A DNA stretch of 64,000 bases from Mobula hypostoma. Its lineage: Eukaryota. The notes beneath the pieces are model-generated. The model was not told the origin of the DNA and made no database searches. It was given only the letters and a program-made list of their open reading frames with translations. Below are positions 52,060 through 63,944 of the stretch, in pieces (within the stretch, counting starts at the first letter, position 1; every line of letters begins with the position of its first letter). The translations under genes were made by a program, and so were the position numbers. The stretch is from the NCBI RefSeq assembly GCF_963921235.1, contig NC_086118.1, positions 20,958,001 through 21,022,000 of the forward strand, written 5' to 3'.

Positions 52060-52648
52060 GACATGTGCTATCGTGAGAGGCTGGACAAATTTGGGTTGAT
52101 TTCTCTGGAGCGGCTGCGGCTGAGGGGAGATCTGATAGAGGTTTATAAGATTATGAGAGGTATAGATAGAATGGACAGGGAGTACCTTTTCCCAGGGTAG
52201 AAATGTCTAATACCAGAGGGCATTCATTGAAGGGTGGCGGGGGCAAATCCAAAGGGCATGTGTGGGGTTTCGGCCCAAAACGTCCACTGTACTTTTTGCC
52301 ATAGATGCTGCCTGGCCTGCTGAGTTCCTCTAGCATTTTGTGCGTGTTGCTTGGATTTCCAGCATCTGCAGATTCTCTCTTGTTTGTGGTGGTGCACAGT
52401 AAGTTTGTAACTGAGAGAGCGGAGGATTCCTGGAATGTGCTCCCTGGAGAGGTGGTTGAGGCAAATTCATTGGAGGCTTTCAAGAGATGTTTGGGTAGGC
52501 ACATGAATGTGAAGAAGGTGGACGGATATGGACATTAGGTAGGTAGGAGGGAATTGATCTTGTTTTTTTTTAAATTTACTTTGTAGCTGGTTCGGCACAA
52601 CATTTTAGGCTGAAGTGCTTCTTCCTGTGCTGTACTGTACTATGTTCT
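52060..52648 (+). mobile_element. CR1 3' fragment containing a Penelope pLTR piece (~52262-52386)
   Basis: 'RLRGDLIEVYKIMRGIDR'. The insert reads 'ggggtttcggcccaaaacgtccactg...agatgctgcctggcctgctgagttcc'. Confidence 0.8.
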
Positions 52649-53944
52649 AACTGGCAGCAGCAACATACATACCAGAGCACAGCGTACAAATATGCAAAGA
52701 TTAATTTGTTGCAAAACCAACCAATGATTTGGAGGCAGTGATTCCTCAGATTTGGAATGAACTGCAATGCCAGGGACCCAAACACAGCTGGGAAAGTTCA
52801 AGTGCCTTGGAAAGCCAGTCAACAGACCAAGCTTATATAGTTGCTCTACATAAATCACACACTCTTTCAAAAGATGGAAAGCAGTGTGATTTGTTTACAT
52901 GGGAGTACAGTATATGACATGTATGAGTGATACAATAATATCAGAACTGTAGCATATATCTGTTCTTGTTGCTCTTCTGCAAAAGCCTGGTGTTTCCCAG
53001 AGAAAGTTACAGATGCCTGTGCAAGACAGGCTCATGCAACACCTTCTAATGGATCACACTAACTCTAATAAGTAATAATTAATGCCTAGTGACCTCAGAG
53101 ACTTGGTAACCATAACTTTCTTTCCTTCCCAATCCCTTCTGACCCCACCCTCATCCATTTCCATACAGTAATTCATCCAGTCTCTAACTCAGCTTGACCC
53201 AAAGGTTCTTACTCAACTGCAGCACTGTGAGATACCAGTCATCTCTTCAGAGAGCAAATTAAGAACTAAAACTTATCCCACCCAATAAAACAAATTTTCT
53301 GAAAAATTGCCATCTTTCAACTGCTCTCTTCCACCATAACACTAAACTTTTTTTTAGTCTTTAGAAAACTAGCCAGACCTTAATAAAAACCAATACTTCA
53401 AAAGTCACCTTTGACAACACACAGTACTTGGGCTGAATTGGATAGTAGGAGAGATCAGCTCTCTTTCTCAAAATAATAATTGCAGTAGTAACAGCCAAGA
53501 AGTGTGTATACTGACTCAAATGATAGAACAGATTAAAAACTGTAATGGGATCCCACTAGTCTCTGTGGACAATATTTCCTAATCAGCCATCACTTGGAAC
53601 ACAAATAAAATCATTTGCATTATTCAGAAATTGGCCCATTGGCCATTCTCTGGAATAGGCTTAATTGTTAGAGAAGCACAATTCAAAGATGCACAAACTA
53701 GTCATCCACCCAACTTTTAAATTCAGCCTTTTCACTTTTTATTTCCAAGAGGAAGATCAAAGACAGATTGTGATTTACAAAACTTGATTTCTGATTTAGT
53801 TTAGTGTAAAAAGATGATAATTTTAAAGCTCCACAGTTCCCTTTGTCTCCTGTTTTAACTCCAGATCAAGGAAAACCCCACATTCCACCATTGTTTATGG
53901 TTCTGTCAGACTAGGACAAACTTGGTATAATATCATAACGTAAA

Positions 53945-54538
53945 GACATGGAACAAACAGGCTATTTGGTGCAACTCTCCCATACCTACAAAAACTCTCA
54001 TCTTAGTCCATCTCATTTGCCCAGATTTGGCCCATATCCCTCCTAACCTATCCTACATGTTGTCCAAATGTCTTTTAAATAGTTGTTATTGCAGCTGCCT
54101 CAATTTCATGCACTGGCAGATCATCCCATACACATACCACCCTCTGCATGGGGATATTGCCCCTCTGGTCCCCTTTAAATCTTTGCTTCTCATTTTAAAT
54201 CACTTTCCTCGGGCAAAAACATCCGTGCAGTCATCCTACCTATGCACCCCATGATTTTATCCACCTCTAACATCATCCCTCAGTCTCCTATGCTTTAAAG
54301 AATAAACTTCAAACCAGCCCAACCTCTCTCTATAACTCAGGGCCTCGAGCTCTGGCAACATTCTTGTAAATATTCTTTGCACTCTCTCAAGCTTAATAAT
54401 ATCGTTCCCATAAGAAGGTAACCAAAACTGTGCACAATGCTCCATGTGTGACCTCACCAATGCCATGAACTAGTGTAAAATAATATCCAACTCTTATAGT
54501 CAATGCCCTCAATGAAGAAGGCCAGAATGCCAAACACC
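53945..54538 (-). mobile_element. CR1 3' fragment
   Basis: 'LVRSHMEHCAQFWLPSY..DIIKLERVQRIFTRMLPEL..LSYRERL'. Confidence 0.85.
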
Positions 54539-55991
54539 TTTTAAAATTAATACCTTAATGCAATTGCAAATTAAGTGTATTATTTCCTAAAAGGCTATAT
54601 TGAAACTATAATCATTCATGATGTTAACACATTTCTATGATTTTTAAAATAATTTTAACTCAGTTTTTTTTAAACTAGCATCAAATGTAAACTGTTCTTT
54701 AAAAATAAAGGCTCACAGCAGTTTTTTTTCCCCTCCTTCCTGTCAGGAATGGGGATGGGGCCAACTCTATCCCCCACTCAATAAACTGCTTATCATAACT
54801 GTACTACTGAAGGAAATACCAAAGAAAATCAAGAATGTCAAAGATGAAAGAGAACAAATGATGTTACTTGATGCTACCTACACTCTGGCCAATGAATGAC
54901 AGACATTAGTATATGAAGAAGTACATCCAACCAGAGTCAAAGCATAAGCAGATGAATGATCAGTATCTTTTATGTTTCAGAACCAGCTGTTGACTAAGCC
55001 AACAGAATCCAAAAGAAATTGCTCAAAGAGCCTACACACTCAGCTGTGATTAAAAACTTCACACACTACTGTGAATAGATTCAAGAGTATTGTATTAACA
55101 AAGTTCAATACTAAAACTTCAAAATGAGCAATGAAGCTATTAGCTCAGATTTAGGTACTTTCACTTTACTCATCTCTCCAGACCACTGGTTGTGTTGCAC
55201 ATATTAGCAATAGCTGCAAGAAAAAAAAGGTCATTAAATATCTACCAGGGAACTTCGGTGTAGAACAAAGCAAAGAAAAAGAGATCATTGGGGTTGAGTT
55301 CATGTCATCACGGCTACCCAAAGTATTCATTAACACTGCTAACTGTAACTTATAATAAATGTTTTTGATACGAAATAACATAGTTATTTTAACACTGTTA
55401 TGCAATAGATATCCAATATGTAAAAATAAAGTGATCATTTTAATTAACATTTATTTATTTCGATTGTCTCTTTCAACTCCAACTCTTTCTTGACAGGCAT
55501 TTACTGTAAGTTCACTGATGTATTTTAAGAAAAAAAGAAATAACGCCCAGGGCAATGTGAGGTAGATAATAATTACTGAAAATCCGAATGTACTGTGGGC
55601 GAAATACATTTGGATTTTCAGTCACCGTTCATTCACAGTTCAGTACTGTGACACTTGTATGAGCAATTTAAACAATTTCTTCAGCCCAACATATCCAATG
55701 ACTAAGGAAAAGAATATCCCACCTTTAATAAGCTAACATAAGCTAAAATGAAAAAATTTAATACTTCTGGTTTCTAATGGATGCATAACTGATAATGTAA
55801 ACAGTGTTCTGAACTCTGATTCTTTTCTTGGAACACAATTCAAGTTTCACAAGCTGAAATGATCAAAACTTGGAGCGTACTTTAAGTGGAATAACATATG
55901 GACTCCACATGTCGACTCTAGCTCAGAGTGAAATGTGATTCTGCAGAGTTAAAAAATGTTTTGAATTTGTTGAAGGGAAATGTTGTCCTTT

Positions 55992-57509
55992 TGTGACACA
56001 TTAAAATTTCCATCAAGTACTCCAAGAAGTTGTAGTATTATTATACTGTTCGGACTTCAGTTTCTGTCTTGTATGTTTGGCCTTTAGTGAAACTAATGCT
56101 GAATCTTCAATGGCCTTAAAGTATTGTCAAGCACCTTCTCTCTGTGACACATGCAAACTTCCATCAAATACTCCAAGAAATTGTAGTGTTATTACTCTGT
56201 GTACAGCCTTTAGAGCTGGAATCAGAATCGGGTTTAATATCATGGGCATATGCCGTGAAATTTGTTAACTTTGTGGCAGCAGTACAATGCAATACATAAT
56301 AATAGAGAAAAATTTGTGGATTACAGTATGAATTTTTAAATAGATATATAAATTAAATAAATAATGCAGAACAACAGAAATAAAAAGTGGTAAGGTAATG
56401 TTCATGGTTCAATGTCCAAATGGGATGGCAGAGGGGAAAAAGCTGTTTCTGAGTCATTAAGTGTTGGTGCCTGCATGCTTCTGTACCTCATTCCTGATGG
56501 TAGCAATGAGAACAGGGCATGTCCTGGGTGATGGAGGTCTTCAGTGATGGACGTGCACTTTTTGAGGCACTTCTCCTTGAAGATGTCCTGAATACTACAG
56601 AGGCGGAGCTGACTAATTTTACAACTCTCTGCAGCTCACTTCATTCCTGTGCAGTAGCCCCTCCCCATACCAGATGGTAATGCAGCCAGTCAGAATGCTC
56701 TCCGCGATACACCTGAAGAAATTGGTGAGTGTTTTCGGTGACATGCCAAGTCTCCTCAAGCTCGTAATGAAATATAGCTTCTGTCTTGCCTTCTTTATAG
56801 CTGTATCAATATGTTGGGTCCAGATTAGGTCCTCAAAGATACTAACACCCAGAAACTTGAAATTGTTCACTCTTTCCACTTCTGATCCCTCAGTGAGGAC
56901 TGGTACGTGTTCCTTTGTTTTACCCTTTCTGAAGTCCACAATCAGTTCTTTGGTTTTACTGACGTTGAGTGCAAGGTTACTGCTGCGACACCACTCAACT
57001 AGCTGATATACCTCACTACAGTACGCCCCCTTGTCACCATCAGAGATTCTGCCAACAATGTTTGTATCATCAGCAAATTTATAGATGGCATTTCAGCTGT
57101 GCCTAGCCACACTGTCATGGGTGTAGAGAGAGTAGAGCAGTGGGCTAAGCACACACCCCTGAGGCGCAGCTGTGTTGCTTGTCAGTGAAGTGGAGATGTT
57201 ATTTCCAATCTGCACAGATTGTGATCGTCCGCTTACGAAGTCGAGGATCCAGTTGCAGAGGGAGGTCCAGGTTCTGCAGCTTTACAATCAGAACTGTAGG
57301 AATGATGGTGTTAAATGCTGAGCCGTAGTCAATAAACAGCATCCTGACATAGGCATCTGTGTAGTCCAGGTGATCCAAAGCCACTTGGAGAGCCAATGAG
57401 ATTTCATCCACTGTTGTGGTGATTCAGGTTCTGTCTTGTATGTTCAGACTCTAGTGAAACTCATGCTGGGTCTTCCATGGCCTTAAAGCATTGTCAAGCA
57501 CCTTCTCTC
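55992..57509 (+). repeat. ~151-bp tandem duplication whose second copy is split by a LINE
   Basis: Copy 1 is 55992-56142. Copy 2 is 56143-~56206 plus 57423-57509. Confidence 0.8.
56215..57415 (-). mobile_element. Rex1/Babar-like LINE (RT and 3' end)
   Basis: '[18 protein letters not shown]', 'KFADD' and 'VERVNNFKFLGVSIFEDLIWTQHID...KKARQKLYF'. ATCAGA-type tail. Confidence 0.9.
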
Positions 57510-57521
57510 CGTAAGGCAGGG

Positions 57522-59048
57522 TCGACCGGTAGCCACCCATTTCAATTTGACTTCCCATTCCCATCCTAACATGTCTGTCCATGGCCTCCTCTACTGCCAC
57601 GATGAGGCCACTCTCAGACTGGAGGAGCAATACCTCATATTCTGTCACGGAGGCCTCCAAACTTATGGCATGACCATTAATTTCTCTCACTTCCGTTTTT
57701 TACTCTCCTTTCTCCCCCACTCACATTTTCCCATCCCCCTATTCTAATTACCCTCTCACTCCTTCTCTTCTCCTCACCTGCCCATCACCCCCCTTGGGTT
57801 CCCCCTCTCCTTCCCTTTCTTCCATCATCCTCTGTCATCTACAGCTGGATTCCTTCTTCTTTAGATCTCCTTCCACCTATCACCTCCCAGCTTCTTACTT
57901 CATCCCCCCGTCCCCTACCAACACACCTTCCCCCTCATCTGGTTTCACATCACCTACCAGCTTGTACTCCTTCCCCTCCCCTGCCCCCCAACCCCATCCA
58001 ACTTCCTTATTCTGACACAAACACAAAATACTCTGAAGATGCTGGGGTCAAAGCCAAACTCACACCACGCTGGAGGAACTCAGCAGGTTGGGCAGCATCC
58101 GTGGAAACGATGAGTCGACGTTTTGAGCCGGAACCCTTCGTCAGGACTGTAGAGGGAAGGGGCAGAGGCTTGGAAGGACTGTTTGGGGCCCTGAATGGTG
58201 GCAAGAGAGGAGCTGTAGGGACAGGTGTAGCACTTGCACTTACAGGGATAAGTGCCAGGTGGAAGATCCATGGGGATGGACGTGTGGATAAGGGAGTCGC
58301 GGAGGGACTGATCCCTGTGGAAAGTGGAGAGTGGTGGAGAGGGAAAGATGTGCTTAGTGGTGGGGTCCTGTTGAAGGTGGTGGAAGTTGCAGAGGATAAT
58401 GTGCTGGATCCGGAGGCTGGTGGGGTGGTAGGTGAGGACAAGGGGAACTCTGTCCCTGTTGTGGTGGCGGGAAGATGGGGTGAGGGCTGAAGTGCGGGAA
58501 ATGGAGGAGATGCAGGTGAGGGCATCATTGATGATGGTAGAGAGGAAACCACGAACCTTAAAGAGGACATTTGAGATGTCCTGGAACGGAAAACCTCATC
58601 CTGAGAGCAGATGCGGCGGAGACGGAGGAACTGGGAATAGGGAATGGCATTTTTACATGTGGCGGGGTGGGAAGAGGTATAGTCGAGGTAGTTATGAGAG
58701 TCAGTGGGCTTGTAGAAGATGTCAGTGGACAGTCTAAATCCAGAGATGGAGACCGAGAGATCGAGAAAGGAGAGAGAAGTGTCCAATATAGACCAAGTGA
58801 ATTTGAGGGCTGGGTGGAAGTTAGAAGTAAAGTCGATGAAATTGACGAGCTCAGCTTGGGTGCAGGAAGCAGCACCAGTGTGGTTGTCAATGTACCGAAG
58901 GAAAAGTTGGGGAGCAACTTATTCTGACTTCTGCTTCCTTCTTTTCTCGTCCCGATGAAGGGTTTTAGTCTGAGATGTCAGCTGGTTATCTTCCTCCATA
59001 GATGCTGCCTGACTGGTTGAGTTCCTCCAGCATTTTGTGTGTGTTGCT
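57522..59048 (+). mobile_element. Penelope-like 3' portion (57522-58005 + 58929-59048) split by a second Penelope
   Basis: 'PVATHFN..SHSHPNMSVHGLLYCHDEATLRLEEQYLIF'. The pLTR resumes after 58928 with a degenerate hammerhead. Confidence 0.8.
58017..58917 (-). mobile_element. Penelope-like element, RT C-terminal fragment and pLTR
   Basis: 'LRYIDN...FHPALKFTW...LSFLDLSV...TDIFYKPTDSHNYLDYTSSHP..CKNAIPYSQFLRLRRICS' is PLE RT/thumb. TSD CTTATTCTGAC at 58006-58016 and 58918-58928. Hammerhead-like motif at ~58113-58148. Confidence 0.92.
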
Positions 59049-59465
59049 CATGCTGGATTAACTGGGTATTATATCTCTGCACTAATATTGCATAATTGAC
59101 AACTATAGGCTGTCCCCAAGTTAAGCACAACTTTAAATCACCCCTACATGTAAACAAGCTTCCTTAATGTTATTTATGTCAAAAGTCCAAAGTACTTACA
59201 CACGTTTGTCCCACAAACGGCTTGAACTAGTTTCTACTCTTTTAACCTATAGCAATTACTTTTTCTTATTGGTCTTATGCACTTTTAGTGCCACTCATTA
59301 CTACACAGTTGAAGTATGGTTACCACATTGTCTATTTTATGACATGGATGAAATTGACTAAAGAACTTCTGTAAAAATGGAGCCTATTTTTTACCCGGGG
59401 ATTGCCTCCAATTGTATCTGTGAATGAAACTCTTTACATATTTATTAAGATGAAGATTGGAGGTC

Positions 59466-60236
59466 AAGATGGCACCAAGGTGAGGTCTCCATCAAGCTTA
59501 TGGTTCAGGCATAGTAGTCTCTTAAGTTTGTTGGGATAGTTTGGGGTCAGAGAGGGGAGTTAGGGGTCAGGTTATGGTTTAGGGACAGTGATGTGGATGA
59601 GTTAGAGGTCAGTTTAAGGTTTAGAGGCAGAGATATAGAGGTCAGGCCTCCACTCTGTGCTCCACATTCAATGGACAGTGACATGGATGGGTGATGAAGG
59701 ACATCTGGAGTCGAGGCTTCCATTCCACACTCAAAAGCCAGCAATGTGAGCGGCTTCATTCATTACATGGTACCTCAATGCCAACAAGCCCCTGAGGTCA
59801 GACGTCCATGCAAGTTGAAGGCATGGAGGCCAGTCAGTCGGTTTGCCCACAGTTCAAGGCCCCATCATTGGTTAGTCCTGGGGTTGATATTGAAAACTGG
59901 AGCCTAAGAGTCAATTGGAAGTCAAGTTGAAGCCTGCTAGCCGAAGCCTAGTGTCTGGAGGCTGGAGGTCTGTCCTGGAGATGGAGGACAGTCCATGTGT
60001 GTGGGTGGCTGGGAGGGAGGTAAGGGGCTTATCTTGCCGCTGTTCATTTGTTGCTTGTTGTGTTCTGTGTTGTTCTGCTTGTGGGCATGCTATGTTGGAA
60101 CCGGAATGCGTGGCATCCCTTGCGGGCTGCCCCCGGCACATCCCTAGGTGTGTAGGTTGTTAACAGAAACAATGCATTTCAATGTACCCTTCAATGTACA
60201 TGTGAAAGCAAATCTGAATCTGAATCTGAATCTGAA
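59466..60236 (+). mobile_element. Non-autonomous LINE-derived element with (ATCTGA)n tail
   Basis: Starts near CAAGATGGC and ends ...aatgtacatgtg...aatctgaatctgaatctgaatctgaa. The 5' boundary is uncertain. Confidence 0.5.
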
Positions 60237-61156
60237 GGTAGCTCTGAGGAACTGCACAAGTTTAAATATATTCTTCAAGTGTGCTCTCACAACATCATCA
60301 TTTGGTTAAACCTCAAACTCCGTCTATAAACAGCACTCATCTTTGCACTGCCATGATTTTGCATATCCGAGAATGCTAACTTCAAATGAACGGTATATCT
60401 AGGCAACAATTTGTACTGAATTAAGTGCACCATGTGCTGTAAATTCTCTTATACCATAATTCAAACAGCAACATGTGGGAAATATAATCTCAATTAAATT
60501 TGCTCTGGATTGCAAGGCTGAAATGATCATACTAACTTGTTAAGATTGTGCATTTCAGGACATGAGTTTGATGTTGTTGGACTAATGAAATAATGATGTT
60601 GCTGGTCTCTTCCAGAACCATCCATAAGATTCATTGATGAATCAAAGTTCAGCTCTGTTCCCAGTTAAATTGAATTTTCAGTGCAGCCAGTTAACTGCTG
60701 CAGCAGATAAAAATGTCACACGTTTCCTTAGTAACTTCTTAAACCCTATGTCATAAGCAATATTTATTATATAAAAATGATTCTTCTGTGCGTCAGCAGT
60801 AAGAAGTAATAAACTATTTTTATATTAATAAAAACTGCTGGAAAAAAATCTTAGCATTTAAGATTGGTTCTTTGGTGATGTTGTTAGTAAGTTTTGTGCA
60901 GTAGGGCAAGTTTAATTGTATCAATAGCTTTTACAGCTGCTTAATGCAACTATACCAAGTTCAGCTTCGTTCATTACATGGTACCTCAATGCCAACGTGT
61001 TCAAACTAGTGACTTTGATGCACAAGCTTTCAACCATTGATTGTCACCGGACACTGCTAACAAATCCTTCTATTCTTCCACATATGCCTAAATGCCTTAA
61101 TGAATCTATTCCATTTGCTTCAAGTGATCTCTCACTGACACTGAGTTCCACATTCT

Positions 61157-61650
61157 AACGCTGCGACCAGACATTGTCCTAGTGTCTGAGTCGACTAAGC
61201 AAGTGGTGCTGCTGGAGCTGGCAGTCCCATGGGAAGATAGCTTGGAAGAGGCCTTTGAACGGAAGCTCTCCAAGTACGCAGGACTGTTCAGCAACTGTCA
61301 GCAGGCTGGATGGAGAGCGTGGTGTCTCCCAGTGGAGGTTGGTTGTAGGGGATTCATAGCCCGTTCTTTAGTTAGAGTCTTCAGCATTTTGGGCGTCGAG
61401 GGAGAGAGGAAGAGGAGAGCCATCCGCAGTACCACCGATGCGGCAGAGAGGGCCTAAAGATGGCTGTGGCTCAAAACAGGGGAGCCATGGAGTCATAATT
61501 AGCTAGCCATCTGGACACAAGCTGGGGTCTGATCAGCCGCGGCTGGGTCACCTGGAGGAGGTTGTATGATGTTGAAAGACCCGAAACACCCGATGATTCC
61601 AGGAACATCACTGAAGATGTGTCCAGAAGCATCAATAGATATGTACACAG
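61157..61650 (+). mobile_element. HERO-type (R2 group) non-LTR retrotransposon 3' fragment, restriction-like endonuclease
   Basis: 'LRPDIVLVSESTKQVVLLELAVPWEDSLEEAFERKLSKY...PVEVGCRGF...AERA*RWLWLK' is a PD-(D/E)xK RLE with one premature stop. Confidence 0.85.
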
Positions 61651-62559
61651 CTCATCATAAAGTTCCCTGATGGTCTTTGTAGTGATTACTTGACTGCATT
61701 ATTTGATCGTAATCACTCTTATGTGATTTATCCAAGATGAAAATGTCCAGTCATGTACATGTGTGAAGGCAGGAAGTGAGTTTCACTATTGAGGAAGACA
61801 AAAGGCATACACATGGCCGCTCTGAAATCCAGTGGTGCTGGCTTCCTTCCTTTACTGGACGACCACACATTGATAGGAAAACTGGGTTACAGGTTCACTC
61901 CCCCCACCCCCATGGCTTACCTGTGTTTTCATCGCTTGATGTGCCAGTACAAATAGACTACCAAGCAATATAGATGTAAATGTGATAATGACACAAGGTC
62001 AGTTGTTATTTTCAATTTAAGAAGGTCAAAGGCATCTGAGGAATAGTTGTAATGGACTATGTTTCAATGGTGAATAGTAGTCATTCAACTAGGGCCAGTG
62101 GGGAGACTGCTTCCTTCTATAGCTCAAAAAAAGCCTCTTTGCAGTAATCCTACTTCTTTAGAATTTGCTGTGGTTAGGACTTCCTGTTTTCGAGTCAGTC
62201 TTTATATGACATCCCTCAGTCTACTTCAGTTTTCACTCCATGGGCATCTAACCTGGATGTCGGTCAACAATTGACTGGCCTTCAAGTTTGGGGGCTATGC
62301 AGTCAAATAGGAATGTGATCCAAACATTTACAAGAGCTTCCCATTGTAGGATTTCACAAATCAAATGGCAGAGGTGTTTTATGTTTAAGAAAAACCGTAC
62401 CAACTCATTTATTGTACTTCAAACACATAACACAAAGTGCGCTTAAAAAAAACTTTCTGTAATTACATCATCACATCAGACCTGCCTCATAAGGTGAACC
62501 CCAACTCAATGTCGACGATTGTGAATTATGTTCATTTCCACCAACTGCATTACCCTACA

Positions 62560-62886
62560 TCTTTCCCACAGGAAAATTTGTACATCATCTGCTTGACTGT
62601 GGAGCCCAAACTCTTTAGAAATGGTTTTGTATCCTTTTCCAGCCCGGTGAGCATCAACAACGTTTTTCTGAGGTCCTCAGAAATTTCCTTTAATCAATGC
62701 ATGGCTCACTTCCAAAAACCTGCGTGGTGAAGATCAGACTTTGATGGTGAAGACCCAAGTGTATGTTCTTTAAATAGGGCAGGGCCTCCCACACTCACAC
62801 CTGATTGTCATCCCATTGATTGAAACACCTGACTCTAATTTCCCCTTTAAATAAACTGATAATCCTAATGGTTCACATACTTTTCC
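62560..62886 (-). mobile_element. Tc1-like transposon 5' fragment
   Basis: Reverse complement gives a 'KEISEDLRK...GKGYKTISKEFG' N-terminus and a TIR-like 'ggttcacatacttttcc' end. Cut by the LTR. Confidence 0.65.
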
Positions 62887-63845
62887 TGTGACAAGAATAC
62901 ACATAGATGTTAGCTGTCCTGTGTGATCAGCAGTTGGTCTGCCACCTGTCTTCGGGAGAGAGAGAGATAAGGAAAACAATGAGCAGCATTTGGGAGATGT
63001 GTAATGAAGGGACAGGAGAGAGAGCTGTCGAGAGCGGCTCCCCCTTTGAACCCTGAACTGTTTGAAGTGATGGACAGGCGATTTGGAGATATGTAATGAA
63101 GGGACGGGACAGAGAGCTGTCTAGAGCGGCTCCCCCTTTGAACCCTGAACTGTTTGAAGTGATGGACAGGCGATACCCCAGCAGGGGGATAAAAAAGGAC
63201 AGGTTCGCTAAGGCAGGACACACACGACACCACAAGGTAATGAGACCCTGGGAGCGGTGCCCCCTCCGCAAGTTGGCGGGAGTCGTTTGGAAGGCTGGTT
63301 GCGGAACCAAGCCTTAGACGCACAGGGTGGAAAGGTACGATCAGCGGGAACCCGGTGTGTGTCCACCCTCGCTTGGGTGCCGGGTTCACTGCAGAGGATC
63401 GACCGCATCTGGAGGAGGGGTCACAGTCGGTGACCTCAGGTGACATCACGAAGGACTCGCCCGAAAGCTGCTTGTGAGCAATATTGCAGGTCTGTGTGTG
63501 GAAGCCGTTTTGAATGATCATTCGTTCTTGTTCTCTCTCTCCTTCCCCCCACATTGTCCATCGCCATGGCAACGATTACTGCGAACTGAACTAAATTGAA
63601 CTGGACTTTGTGTCACTTTGAAATTGGTCATTTACCCCTAGACAACAATAGAGCTTGATTGATCCTGTTATCTTAATTCTGTGCACATGTGTCTTTATCA
63701 TTGCTGAACTGTTGCATTTATTATTTTCTTTCGATTACTGTGTTGCTTGTTTCTTTAATAAAACTTTCTTAGTTCTAGTAATCCAGACTCCAACTGAGTG
63801 ATCCATTTCTGCTGGTTTGGTAACCCAGTTATGGGGTACGTAACA
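62887..63845 (+). mobile_element. 5' LTR of a Gypsy-type LTR retrotransposon
   Basis: TGTGAC...GTAACA termini, AATAAA at ~63758, followed directly by a PBS and an ORF start. Contains an internal ~92-bp tandem duplication. Confidence 0.85.
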
Positions 63846-63849
63846 TAAG

Positions 63850-63868
63850 TGGGGTTCTCGTTCACGAT
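63850..63868 (+). promoter_or_regulatory. Primer-binding site, degenerate tRNA-Pro type
   Basis: TGGGGTTCTCGTTCACGAT, 4 nt after the LTR end. Resembles the tRNA-Pro PBS TGGGGGCTCGTCCGGGAT. Confidence 0.6.
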
Positions 63869-63944
63869 TTTGAACGCTAAATTTGGGATGGAGTAAATTG
63901 ATTGGGTCAAAATTCCCGAAAGAAAGAAAAGACAAACAGCAGAA

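Noticed and set aside
59540..59650. Interstitial telomeric repeat
   Set aside because: Only scattered ttaggg/ggtcag-like words with no regular TTAGGG array.
62910..63572. 220-aa minus-strand ORF as a real gene
   Set aside because: It lies wholly antisense within the LTR, its repeated peptide simply mirrors the 92-bp duplication, and it has no recognisable domain.
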